This document shows, piece after piece, positions 25,801 to 38,114 of a stretch of 43,286 nt of DNA (the stretch's first letter is position 1; every line of letters begins with the position of its first letter). A program made the translations under genes and the position numbers. Below the pieces are notes generated by a model. That model did no database searches. It was not told where the DNA came from and saw nothing but the letters and a program-made list of their open reading frames with translations. The DNA is from Phoronis australis (Eukaryota > Animalia > Phoronida): assembly GCA_002633005.1 (NCBI GenBank), contig NMRA01000251.1:142414-185699 (forward strand). The letters are read 5' to 3'.

Positions 25801-28800
25801 GCGACGTTACCTTCAAACCATTTAAAATATCATGTGCCTGTGCGGTTTTACATTTAGGACAGCATGTCTACTGAATTAAGAATGGAAGTAATAAAGCTGT
25901 GTCAGTGAACAAGAAAATTGCTGAAGAATGAAATTGCATGATACAGAAGAAGTAAGCGTTGTCTTGTAATAGCATATATAAATGTATCCCATATTCTGGT
26001 TTGGAGACCTTGGTTGGGAGACATTTGTGTCTACTTGCGGGTTATCCGCTCAACTAAGCTAACCAAGCCTCAAACTTAGCGCCCCGATGACATCATCTAG
26101 AGGCTACTGCTGCAATCAAAGTGCATGTGCACTGTGTTACTTCCTAACAAAAGTTTGAGAAAAAATTCGAGGCGACTAGGAGATGGTAATTTTGTGGGGC
26201 TAGGTTTGGAATTAGTGTTGGGGTGACAGAGGAGAAAAGTTTCTACCGCTTTTTTAAAGTTGTGAAAAATTAGTTGTCAATGGTAGCACCGTTTTATTTC
26301 CATTACTAAGCCACTTTTTGGCTTTGATAGAAATCGAGAGTGAACTCGAAGCTGAATTCTCAATAATACTGGCAATATGTAGATGTCTTCCCATGCAACG
26401 CCCCTCTAATGAGGACTATTTTCCCGTCTTATAAGAAAATGCCATTGGCCAAAGAGGAGCACATAATCAAGAAAAAGTTACAGAAAAATGCACTTGTGAT
26501 TAAAGAATCACACGAATTCACAAAAGATTTAGGGAACTTAGTTCAGTCCCTATTAAGGACTGTTTCATGCAACCGGATACAGGGCTCCAAATATCGTAGA
26601 GGCAGCATACACGAGAAACCTTAACCCAGCACCGCTAATGAGGTGATTTCCTGTGTGCGCGTTGATTTCAACTGCACGTACCTCCGAGCAGCCAACCAAA
26701 TGTGGCCATATTGTTGTGCAGGTTATAGCGGTGCAAAGTCTCCAGTGAGGTTTGCAGAAGACGACTGACGATCAGTGATACCATCTACAAAACAAAACGC
26801 TATATTGCTCGAGTCTAGGAAATTAAGATGGAAGGAAAAAGTATAAAAAAGACAAACCATTTTCAGATTTTTTCTGCTCACCCATACCAAAAGTTGTCAC
26901 AGGTTGGATGTCATAAACGTACGCTGTCTCGCCTTGGTTGTACATGCACAACGACACTGCTTCAATAAATTCACTAATTTTCAGAATATACTTGTCAACG
27001 TCAAAATTTGTCATAGTTTTGACGTAAATCATTGCCGCTAAATAAAATTTTCCACCAGCCTCGTTTGCAAATCTCGTTTCCCCACAAAATCTCCACAGGT
27101 GTTGTCTTAAGCACTTCGTCGAAGTGGCGACAATTTACATGTACATTAAGTGCACACATGCCAACCGATAAAGGGATTTCCTTATTGCTACAACTGTACG
27201 TATTTTTCCGTTTCTGTAGTGCTACGGCGCAGCGCCAAAATGGTACGTAAATTTTGTTATTAATGCGTATGTTTGTCGATGTTCATAATAAAGGTTCAAA
27301 CCTTAGCTCTTGGCGTTTACTGGCAATCTATTATGTCGAAATAATCTCATATCACGAACCTTGCCCGACAGGGCCAAAGGAGTAGAACAACATTCGCAGT
27401 TATTAGATGTACATGTAAGAGCCTCTAATAGGTGAGTACAATGTAGGTATGTAAACGTACTGTATTTTAACACTTGACCATGGTTTGACTTGTTTTCGTC
27501 AGAGCTATAGTTCGCTATGTTTTTTTACAAAAATACAATGGTTAGAGCACAACATGGTTGACATGTATGTATACGTCCTTTGAAAAAGAATTAGCGGCTG
27601 GCCACAATTACGTTATAAAGAACGATTATTTCATTTCTAGAAAACCCCCACGACAAATGTTCGCAAAACTCCCAATTAATTCTTGAAAGATGTTCGTCAT
27701 ACTTTGCAGGAGAATGATGGCCTTTCGTCGAAATCTGGTGAGTATATTTTGAAACTACTGTACTATATCAGAACATAAAGATGGCAGCTGGTGATACAAC
27801 TCAGCAAACATTTATATTAAAAAATGAGTTCCAAATAACTACACTATACGGATGTGGTTTCTTAGTATAATGCATTACTAATTGTTAATTTCGATGTTCA
27901 CACAATTGTGAATTTGGAAAGGTGACAAAACGAAAATAATATGGTTATGATAATAAACCCTGCGTCAGCCTATTAGTAAATGCTTCAAAGACTGTGTCAC
28001 TAAATATTTGGTACAGAGACAGCCCAGATTTCCTCAATGTGTTTAGTGAGAGTACGTAGCGCCCCGCCGGTGGCATTTCCACCAATTTAAGGACATACAT
28101 GCAAGCGATTATTTTTCCTTCGAAAATTGTGGTTGGGCAACTTCATTGGGAAATCCTAAAGACGAATTCGCAAGTGCGATAGATCATAAGAAACGTGGTC
28201 AATGTCTCCTTCTTGTTCCTCGGTCTGTGCAGTAGTAAAAATCGTCTACCTCCAACAAAATGACTCGGTGCACTAATATCAACGCACCCAATTAGTTGTA
28301 TGGAAATTTGATACAAAGCCGTGTATAAAGAAAAGTTAAGCTACACAGCGAGTGAGTCTTCCGTTTGAGTAACACATTGGTACTTAAGCGGAAGCACCAC
28401 ATTTAATTGCAAACTGCTTCACCAAACGTTAATGAGACAACTACTGTAGAGCAGGAATCAGCATCCCTTTACTTATAAACATTGAAGCACCCGTCTTTAT
28501 CACCCAATACCAGATACGTTTACCTGAAGGGACAGAAGAATCATGTTAATTCCTCCAACAAAAAATGCTAGGTTGAAGCTAAAGAACATTGACAGCGATT
28601 CTTTACACCCAAGTTCGTGTAGAGTTGTAGCCAGTCGATAATCATAAGCAGAGTGACGCTTATTGTCATGCACGTGGTCATGGATACAGGGTCTTGACCT
28701 CATGGGGTCGCAACAACTGAACGGTACGCTGTCTCTCTTAGAAGCGTTCTGTGTTTCGTTCCTATAAATGTTCAAATCGAACCTTAAACCTCACATGCCA

Positions 28801-31800
28801 ATTTGAAGCAAAAAAGATAAACTAATCAAATGAACAGTGGCGACGTTATACGAATCACCTGGAACTACGCCATTTGAACTTTACGCCTAGCGGTTACCCC
28901 GTAAACTAAATGCAGTAGTGTGGCACATAAGTTAACATTCGGTTCATGTGCCAAAATACGGAAGCATAAGACGATTTGATTCATTATTGTTACAGAACGG
29001 CAAAAGGAAGCCAAATATAACCGGGTACCACCGTTAATTGTTCCATGGATGCCTACGGGAATTGCATTGTGTTAATATTAGTATATTCAAGAAGTTTTTT
29101 TTCCCATATTGGAAATTGTTTTCGATTTAGGCCTATGTCCATTCGTCAGAATCTGTGAAACTTCCCGTGGCTCTCAATGCTGTTTCAGCCGGGTATTGCT
29201 AACGGATAGCAAATTACACGTGCACGTATGTCGTGTAAGGGAGGATTGTGGGACAGCGCTAATCCCAAACAACATTGCCACTCAGACATAGAAATACAAT
29301 ATATAGAGATTACTTTACATTAGTTTCAGTTGCAAGCAGAGGTTATGCTCGCCGCAATCAGGTAACAACAATCCAAAATGAACCCAAAACTTTTCCAAGC
29401 AGAAGTGTAAACCATGAAGTGATTGAAGTATGTAGGAACCTGATCTCACAAATGGCTCTATATGTGCATGTGTACAGAAGAACAACTGCGAGACAAAAAT
29501 TTATGCAGATAACGAAATTATGATTCTTTAGCCTACATGTATGTTATCGCCTTGCATGGGCGGAGCAGCACTGAAAAAAGTGGGGGAGATAGCCCCCCCC
29601 CCCTCCAGCCCCCTATGGTGCGCCGCCCATGCCTTGTGAACGAGTACCTAGCAATAAAGTACAGTATAAACCAGTGTAGCATGAAGCATACATGTACTTA
29701 CCTATCCATACCAAGTTTGTCAACTAAATAAGTTTCGGGGAGCCACTCGGTGGCAAACCAGTCGACATAGCTATAGACTCCACAGCAAGAGTGTTCAATT
29801 TGCACAAAGTCCATTTCTTTCTTCAATTGACCATTCGTCTTGTACCTGTTCAGCGCATCTATCAGTCCCTGCTCTACTGATCGAGATACCTCGGTGAGTT
29901 CGAAAATGCAAAATCCGGTGGAAAATACAGCAGCAGAGTACAACAGAACGCCGTACAACAAGAACAAAAAGTAGAAATGAAGTAGTTTCGCGCGTGCTTC
30001 CCTTGACATCATGTCAATAGAGAGTTTAATGCCGCCAAAGCAGCCGACAATTGAGCACACTCCAATCGCTATCATTGCGGACGGTACAGTACCTTCATCG
30101 TAAGATGTAAGAAACGGGAGTTGATCTTCAACTGCTAATTTTATGTACAGCCCAAGTGCTAAAAGCGTAACCGACGGCAAAATGCAAACGCAGTACAAAG
30201 CCGTGTTTAGCATAGTAGCGAATCTCCGTTTCTTTTTGGTCATTATAACTTTTGGCAATCCCATAGTAATAATTCTAGCTTTGCTTCACACAGTCGATGT
30301 CGTGATACGTTAATAAACAATGTCGTCAATGTTTTACGTGTCTTATTGTGACCCTGGGTAATACGTCACTCACAGGGACACGTTTTTGCAAGCAGAAAAT
30401 ACTTAAGTGCCGCGGTGGCATACATGTAGGCAAACACGAAAGGGGATTTTTTGTGACGCCATTGCCAATTCTTAGTGATGAAAACTACTACGCATCTATT
30501 ATCCTGTCCCAATGTCAAGATTCGGTTACACATCTTTAGGGAGGACTTCAGAGGGACTTCTGTATAATTACTTTGCTGATTCATAGCATACATGTACTCT
30601 CAGGCTTAAATCTACTTCATAATCACAGTTCATTTGCCTCGAAAATAATAACCTTGGCAGAAATGTACGTTTCATGTTTTGACTTGAAAGCAGGGCTGGC
30701 TTACCCCCATATCCTGTGCTACAGGCAAAGATTAGCCAACCAACACCGAGCGACCACGCAATTCGCCATGTTGAATTGTACAGTGCTGACACCTCAAGTG
30801 TGAATGATTTACCCTCTCCGATTATGCTCTTCCAAGGTTCAAATAAGCCGTACAGCGTTGAGGTACAGAAAAACGCTGCTAAGGTCCAGCCCAGACCAAG
30901 GATAATCTACAATACAAATATTAAAACGCGTCTCGAAAAGAATACAATTTCTGAAGTAATGCAGAACGCGAATATTTGTGTTTCCGGTTAAAATGACTGC
31001 ATGTAACATTTAAAAGGATACTAAATCCGGTTTTGATAATTTCCACAACTCCTCGTTACACTGTAGGTCACCAATGCATGATATATGCATTGGCGACAAA
31101 CTTCAGAGTTAAGGCGGGAATTGGTAAAAAAACACATACTCTCTATGTCACATAATACACTTGGACCTTGGTACAGCTGTAGGTGGTCTTTTCCGACAGT
31201 TATCATGTAATTCGTTAAAACAGTAGGCCACGCAGACTTTGAAAGGATCTTTAAGATTTTCTTCTAAACTAAGTCTTCTAACTGTTGTCGAGGGTAACAC
31301 AGCATAATTGTGTTTCAGAGAACTTGACGGAAAGTTGATCATAGTGTCTGCTTATACAAAACCAACAACCGGGTTTGGTATGCTTTTAAAAGTGCCATAG
31401 ATGGCACACATGATCATGGACCGTTACATGATTTTCCCGTCTTAACTTAGACAAAATCGGGTTAACTTAAGACCAAACTGTTATAGACACATTTCTTGAA
31501 ATTTCGTAAACCCAACCGAAATTACTGAACTCAGTTCAAGCTAAAATCGAAAGTTAGCCAGCTACGGAACAAGCTGGAATATTGGACTTGTCTAAATTAC
31601 CAAATATAGGGCTATTGTAACTGTAAACCGTTAAAGAACACATTTCATTGCTATTTTTCTCAATGCAGTGTCCCTAAACGTCAAATTGATCATCGACTGA
31701 TTTCGACTCTTGAACTGGCAAAGTCCTTAGATCCAATACAGTGCATTTTGCCTAGGTCTTCTCATGCCAGACCCGAATTGTATCCAAAATATAAACAAAT

Positions 31801-34800
31801 ACCCATACCGAGTTTCGAAACTAAGATTATTCTTACAGGTAGCAGCGACACCTTTGGGCAATAATTCACTTTAGAACCGAATCATTTGAATGTTTGTGAA
31901 ACGCGTAACCAGCAACTTACCCAACGACCAAGTCTGTGTTTAATGGGCAATTCACATTTCCATTTATAAAGTAGAAAGCCGACGTAGACTCCGACGACGT
32001 ACGGCCCGACTCGTGTCCAAGGTCGCACGTAGAGAATATCCCAGCCGTCAGGTCTTTTGTGACTAAAAACAAATAACCAGTTTAATAAATTGTAGCAAGC
32101 AGGTAGCCCTGATGTTAGAAAATTCACGCTCAATTTTAACTGCCATGGTTTCATTCACACAATTCATTATTTCTAAGCTTTATCATGTGTACTGCTGGAT
32201 GAGGTAGGATACATACTGGTTCAGAGGGGGAACAATGCCATTTGGTCCAAATCCATTGTACGAGGAGACGACACCACGTGTTATCAGACAGCCTAGCATA
32301 AAGAGAAAGGATATGATAGATCCAGCAATGGGCCACCTGAAACAAATGCATTTCATACATGTAGTTCAAACATTTGAACGAGAACAGACTGTGATACAAG
32401 ATGTCTTTTTAATTACATCTGGGAGAACCGAGTTGAAGTAACGCTTGTCTTTCCCAAGATAGGGAATGTAAGGATTTATGAAATAACGAGCTTTAAACTT
32501 TCAAGAGAATTGGTGCGAAGCTTGTGATAATTGGTTGCGAAAGAAGACATTTCATCTTCTATTTGAGAAGAAAGTAGGGTATTAGAGGTTCGTTCCTGAC
32601 TGCAACTTGAAGAATGAGACACACCTGTACAGGGGGTAAACCATCATGGGGGCGATAATGTAGAATTGCATGTCGTTGGCCAGGTACCAACTCCAGCCCA
32701 TACACTGAAAAGATCAGTTGAGACAATTACAATGTATGTTATGTATTGGCTTATGTTTTGGAAAGTCAATTAAACTAGATCCTCTTGACCCTACAGCAGA
32801 GGAAACATGAAAACAATTTTCACATGACTCACAGAAAATTTCTTGCACGTCACTGATCCGTGTGCCACATTTAATGGAGATTTTTGACTGACTGTTCTCC
32901 TGCGAAAATGTCGCCCTCTACTGGTAGACATAGACATCAAAATGCCGTGAGTTAGATAATATTTAGATCTAACCTTCAGGATTTTTAACTATCACCCACA
33001 CAGACACTATAAAAACCCGCTTAAACTGACATCTCTTTCTGTATATTACACACACGTCAGCTGTCTCGAGTGAGTGTTCCGTGCCACTAAATTACATGTA
33101 CCTACAGGGGTAAGCATAGCAGGTTTTATATTATTGGCTGTCGCCCTCAAGAGCTGAGACATAACCCTCACTTTATTTTGCAGCGCCTCCATGTGGTAAG
33201 AGATCACTGCAAATGCCATCGTGATAACAACAAAACTGTTTAGCGTGGCCACCACTCGAGGTTTCCGAGAAAATTGTTGGGCGGAAGCAACACCCAAGGG
33301 TTGTTGGACATTCCCATTGGAAGACAGTATGTCATTTATGTCATACATCATTATCTTTTGCTTCAAGGGAGCGGACCTCTCGGCCCTAACTACGATTGCA
33401 AGTTTCCCAGAAGGTACTCATTTGAAATTTGAGCAACAAGTACTCGAACGAGCACCCCAATTTGGCGAATTGGGAAAAAATGTCCGCGTCAGTGAAATTA
33501 AAGGTCCAAGTAAACGAGACAAAAGTCCACAAAGACCACAGGAGTTCGGCGCGGATGCGCCGATTGGGCGACCCGAACCTAGTGGCCCCGGTTGTTTTTA
33601 GTCCTCGTTTATTTTTCTCAGTAAAAGCTCCGCATAAAGAAGAATTCCAGCCCTCCTATATTTTAGGCTGGATGCGCACATGATAAGGGGGCATGGCACA
33701 TCAAAAACGCCCTCTGTAGGCTGCTTTTCGGGTTTTTACTATACATTCTCCTTGATTCTGGGCAACAATACAACAATACAAAGTAGTTTCGCAAGTGACA
33801 ATACATGTACGTTTTGAATAATTTCGTGTTAAGGATACGTTGTCAGTGATTGCAAGGCGACTATCACGATAATTCTAATTGAATTATAAGTAGTTCAGTT
33901 TTGTAGCAAATTACTGAAATTATCTACATGTAGGTACATGTATGCAAGAAGGGGCGCTGTGTTGAATATAAAGTGTCTTCATCTCCATCACTCATTCTAT
34001 TTTCAGGACCTTACCTAACACTGTAAGATGAAGAAAACGGAAGTTAAATGGATAAAACGACGAATATACATGTCCAAGCTACGGACACGTTTAAATATCC
34101 GACAGGTACCCTCCTTATCGTTGTTGAAGGCTAATGTTGAATTACAATCTGCTGGTCCGGTTTTTGATATGAACGTCCATTTGGTAACAGTATACATGTA
34201 CTGCTCACACCTTCGCTATAAGAAGCCCTGATTGATAATGAATGTGAATAGGTATAACCCTCACAATCGGTGGTCATCAATTTCTCGCGGCCCTTACATG
34301 CACTTAACACCCGGGGACTCATTTGCCTCCTTTTGTAGAAATCTAATTTATTTCCAGCTTTTCAAATACATGTACACAGGTATATTTTTCCAAGACACCG
34401 ACTACATGTTTTTCTTTAGATGGCTGATATTCAACGGCCGTGGTTGGCGCCTACCATTTTATTGGATCGGACAACGTTGTTGACGTAGAGTGCGTTTGTC
34501 CACCAATTGCTTTTGCAGTTTGGGTCGATATCGTCACGTATCCACAGTGGCCCATCTCCAATGTACTTCAGCAGGCAGTAATATACCATGAGTACCAACA
34601 TATACGCCGGGGTCAGCCTAAGCAACGCCGAAACATACAAATTAATTAAAGCCTAAATTAAACGCAATTTTGTCGTTTTAGATGTATTGGGCTTAACAGA
34701 TAGTCCTAGCAAAGCCTTAGTAAAGTAAAAAAACGCGAGTTCAATGACGCAAATAAAAGCACATCGAAAGATGGGTACATGTAAAGCTGTCTTTTTGTGC

Positions 34801-37800
34801 CCTGTTGGTCACGTGACCTAATTACTGGAAGATTGGTATAAAAGTCAAAAGTGAAATTGTACTCGCAGAAAGTATGTATTGTGGGGAAATGAGTTCTTTA
34901 GTTTTGAAGATATTTGGTCAAATCAGCAGACTTGTCCATTAAGGTCTTCACAGTAGAAGGCTTAATCCAACTGGGTAATCAGAAGCAGAGCACTACCAAT
35001 GGCTGCGACTGAGCTAAAAGTCAATACACGTACCTCACATATCTGTGTACATAGAACATTAACCAATTCAGCCGCCCTTGTCTCTTCTCCAACTCACTCA
35101 ATGTCAGATAGGCCACAAGTAGTCCACTGAAAAGAACAAGTTCAGCAAGCCTTTAAAATGTCCTGCTACTTCGTTCTACTAAGGAATTTTTGTAGGACGG
35201 ACTGCACGTGCATCGCTATTGACTGATGGCAAGAGAACCACATAGAAGCATCCAGGGCGAGTCACGTCAGGTCACAGAGCACTGGAGTACACGTGTTTAG
35301 AACTTAGCACTGTTGACAAAAAGGCAGGTACGCATTTCGCCTTTCGACGATCATTGAGCAAGAGATCTCAACCGTTTAGCTCCAAACTACAACATGCTGT
35401 AGTATTGTTTACAGTAAGAACTTCAATTTCATTAATCGTGTAAGCTTTAGGTTTTTCTAGTCCACGATCAAAAAGAAAATGTTTGCGACATGCCACCTTT
35501 GCGGCCTCAGCGGCATTTTCCTTCGAAACAGTCGTTGTTTCTCTGCCTTTCATGACCCTGGATAAACAAGTTACGAAGTGGATTCGTACCTCATTAGAAA
35601 AAACGTATCGACGCTAAGTGTCGCGTTGACAATAGCCTGAAAAGTCCATCGCTCGACGAATCTTTTAAAGTCTCCACCGTTATCTTAAAAATAAAAAAAT
35701 GTTATATAAAATGAATGTCGCCTACTTGTAGCCTCACCTGACCACAGCAGTAGACTCCTAAATAATTAATGAGTACGCAAACAAAACTCCCAAAACGCAT
35801 GTTGCCAGTGGCTGTTTTCATTCATTACAAATTAGTAGGTCTACGTTGAGGATCAAAGCTCAAGACAAGTGTTAAGTAAAGTTTGTGCTTGAGTACACCA
35901 TATTTTATGCAAATGAACATACATGTATAATCCTAGTTCCCACTTGACGACCCACAAATTCAAGCGGCAAGCACGAGTTGAAAATCGAGATTCCAAGTAA
36001 AAACTCGAAATTCAGAGTTCGAACTCAAACGTTTAGTGGCATTAAACTTGAGGAAATAAAGTTCCCGCTAGTAGTTTACAGTCGTCCGTGTAAGCAACCG
36101 AGTATTCTAGCACGGGGAGCTAAGTGAACCCCACAATTCAGGTGTTGCTGTCGTGAGCATCCGCGATAATGACCCATAACCATTACCACCACAATCGTGA
36201 GCACCATAACCACCACCACCAACGTCACGACTACCACCACCGCCACACTTACTGTATAACCTTAACTGTGTTGGCCAGAAGAGTGTATGACCCAAGATCA
36301 CCCAGGTCATACTGAGGAAGCGTATGCCATTTAGACACGAGAGGGGGTTCTTCTGACCAACGCTCATTATCTTGCACGCATTCGAGTAAAGCGAGAAGGA
36401 ACGAATGATCTTCTCCAGCACACCTGGAACACAACCACGAAGACATTAACTCTGGTGTGAATATTTACATGTGCATCAGGATTATTACACTGTAGCCAAC
36501 GGAGACATTTCGCGCATACTGTGCATGTCATTTAAATGAAGGAAATGTGACGGAGCACTTCGGAGCCGAAACGAGACAACTTGTAGCAGGACCTATTTCT
36601 TTGACGAAATGAACTTAAAGAGGGAGATGCCTGCCTTTTAAGTAGTATTTAAACCATTTTCAAGATACACACGGCACTTGTAAATTGTGTAGCTCCAGTT
36701 GCCATCGCGGCCAGTAGCACAGAGCTTGATGGAAAATAGCTCACCCACATGAAACAAATTTCTGAGGACTTATTCGTGCGAAACCTACCCGGTGGTGTAT
36801 CTGTCTGTTTAGTTTCTTGTAAAGTGCCTATTTCAGTGAGAAAGTCTTGATCAATATCGGTCTTGCTGCCACAGGATTTCAAACAAGACATGAACACATC
36901 AAAGAAAGTTCCAGCAGCAACAGCTATCAATATAAGGGAGATGATGGCTCTGAAAGGACCGAGAGAAATTACTATTTTATTATGCAACATTTCCGGTTTT
37001 GCTACCACTACTGGTACGTCACTCGTTTGATTCATTAAACGCAGCACAATGACTTCCGATAAATGTTGCCCGGTACACCATTTCACTGTGCTACTAAAGG
37101 TAAAACTGTGACATGCTGTTTATCACCGCTTCTAAATGGTTAAAGAAATGAAACCGACGTCATAATATTCAGTAATTCCCATTGCTTCAAATCTGGAAAA
37201 CCATTCAGTTTACCACGTAGTATGGTGACGATCTTTGACTTTAATAATTTAAATTTATTAAAACGGACAGTAATCTCTGTAAACAAAATCAAGGGAACCC
37301 CGATCCCCTAGCTAAGCCCGAACAAATGCAGTGCGTACATGTACATATGGAGGGCGTGTGCAAGTCGTGGCGATGTGATCTATAAATTTTCGAACAAGCA
37401 TATGCGTTGATGCCCGCAAACGGAATTCCGTGTGTCGTCCATCACTTTTCCACAGGGCTGCTTTTCAGTATAAGTGCCGCTGTGTAAGAGGGTAGTTGGC
37501 CGAAGGTTCTTAAGATAAATATTTCATTCAAGCCACTGGAACTCCAGGTGTCGTTGTTCGTGCTCCGGCTAAATTACACACTGGATCATGCAACCAAATT
37601 CGGTAAGCAGAATACTCAGGGTGAAGATGCCGTTATGGTCGTGAGCAGACACATGCTGGCATGCCAGATAACCCGCAATGTCAAAGGTTAGAAAGGCTCA
37701 CAGCCTGCCATGACGATATGCTGAACTTACATGGCTACATTAGCTTTATTGTCGTAAGGCCTTTCTGTTGGCACACAAGTGTCAATGCCCCAGAAGTGTC

Positions 37801-38050
37801 GAGCACTTGCATTGAATGGGAGGGGGATGTGTAGGTCGTTTTGAAGGTAGATGAATGCTGAAACAAACAAAACGTAGGACTATTTTCATTAAACGTACAT
37901 GTACATGTAGTGCTCCAGAAAAACTTACTCGCGTATTAAACATTTATTAGCAGAAAAGACACTCCGTTACCGTATTTTCAAATGGGTTACAGAGGTGAAA
38001 AACAAGTCAGTCACGCACGCGCGTTTAGACAGCTCTTACGTCTTCTGGCA

Positions 38051-38114
<64 letters not shown>

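Noticed and set aside
27980-28455. Weak inverted similarity in guest intron 2
   Set aside because: Only short patches match; not distinguishable from chance by eye.
32912-32924. CTCF-like motif CCAGTAGAGGGCG (minus strand) and a weaker one near 28057-28075, roughly bracketing the guest promoter
   Set aside because: Isolated short matches, one with an indel; expected by chance or from repeats.
33046-33366. ORF with a faint GPCR TM6/TM7-like pattern (RVVATL..VVITMAFAVISYH...ANNIKP)
   Set aside because: Lacks CWxP and NPxxY, with no supporting neighbouring segments; cannot be supported without an HMM search.
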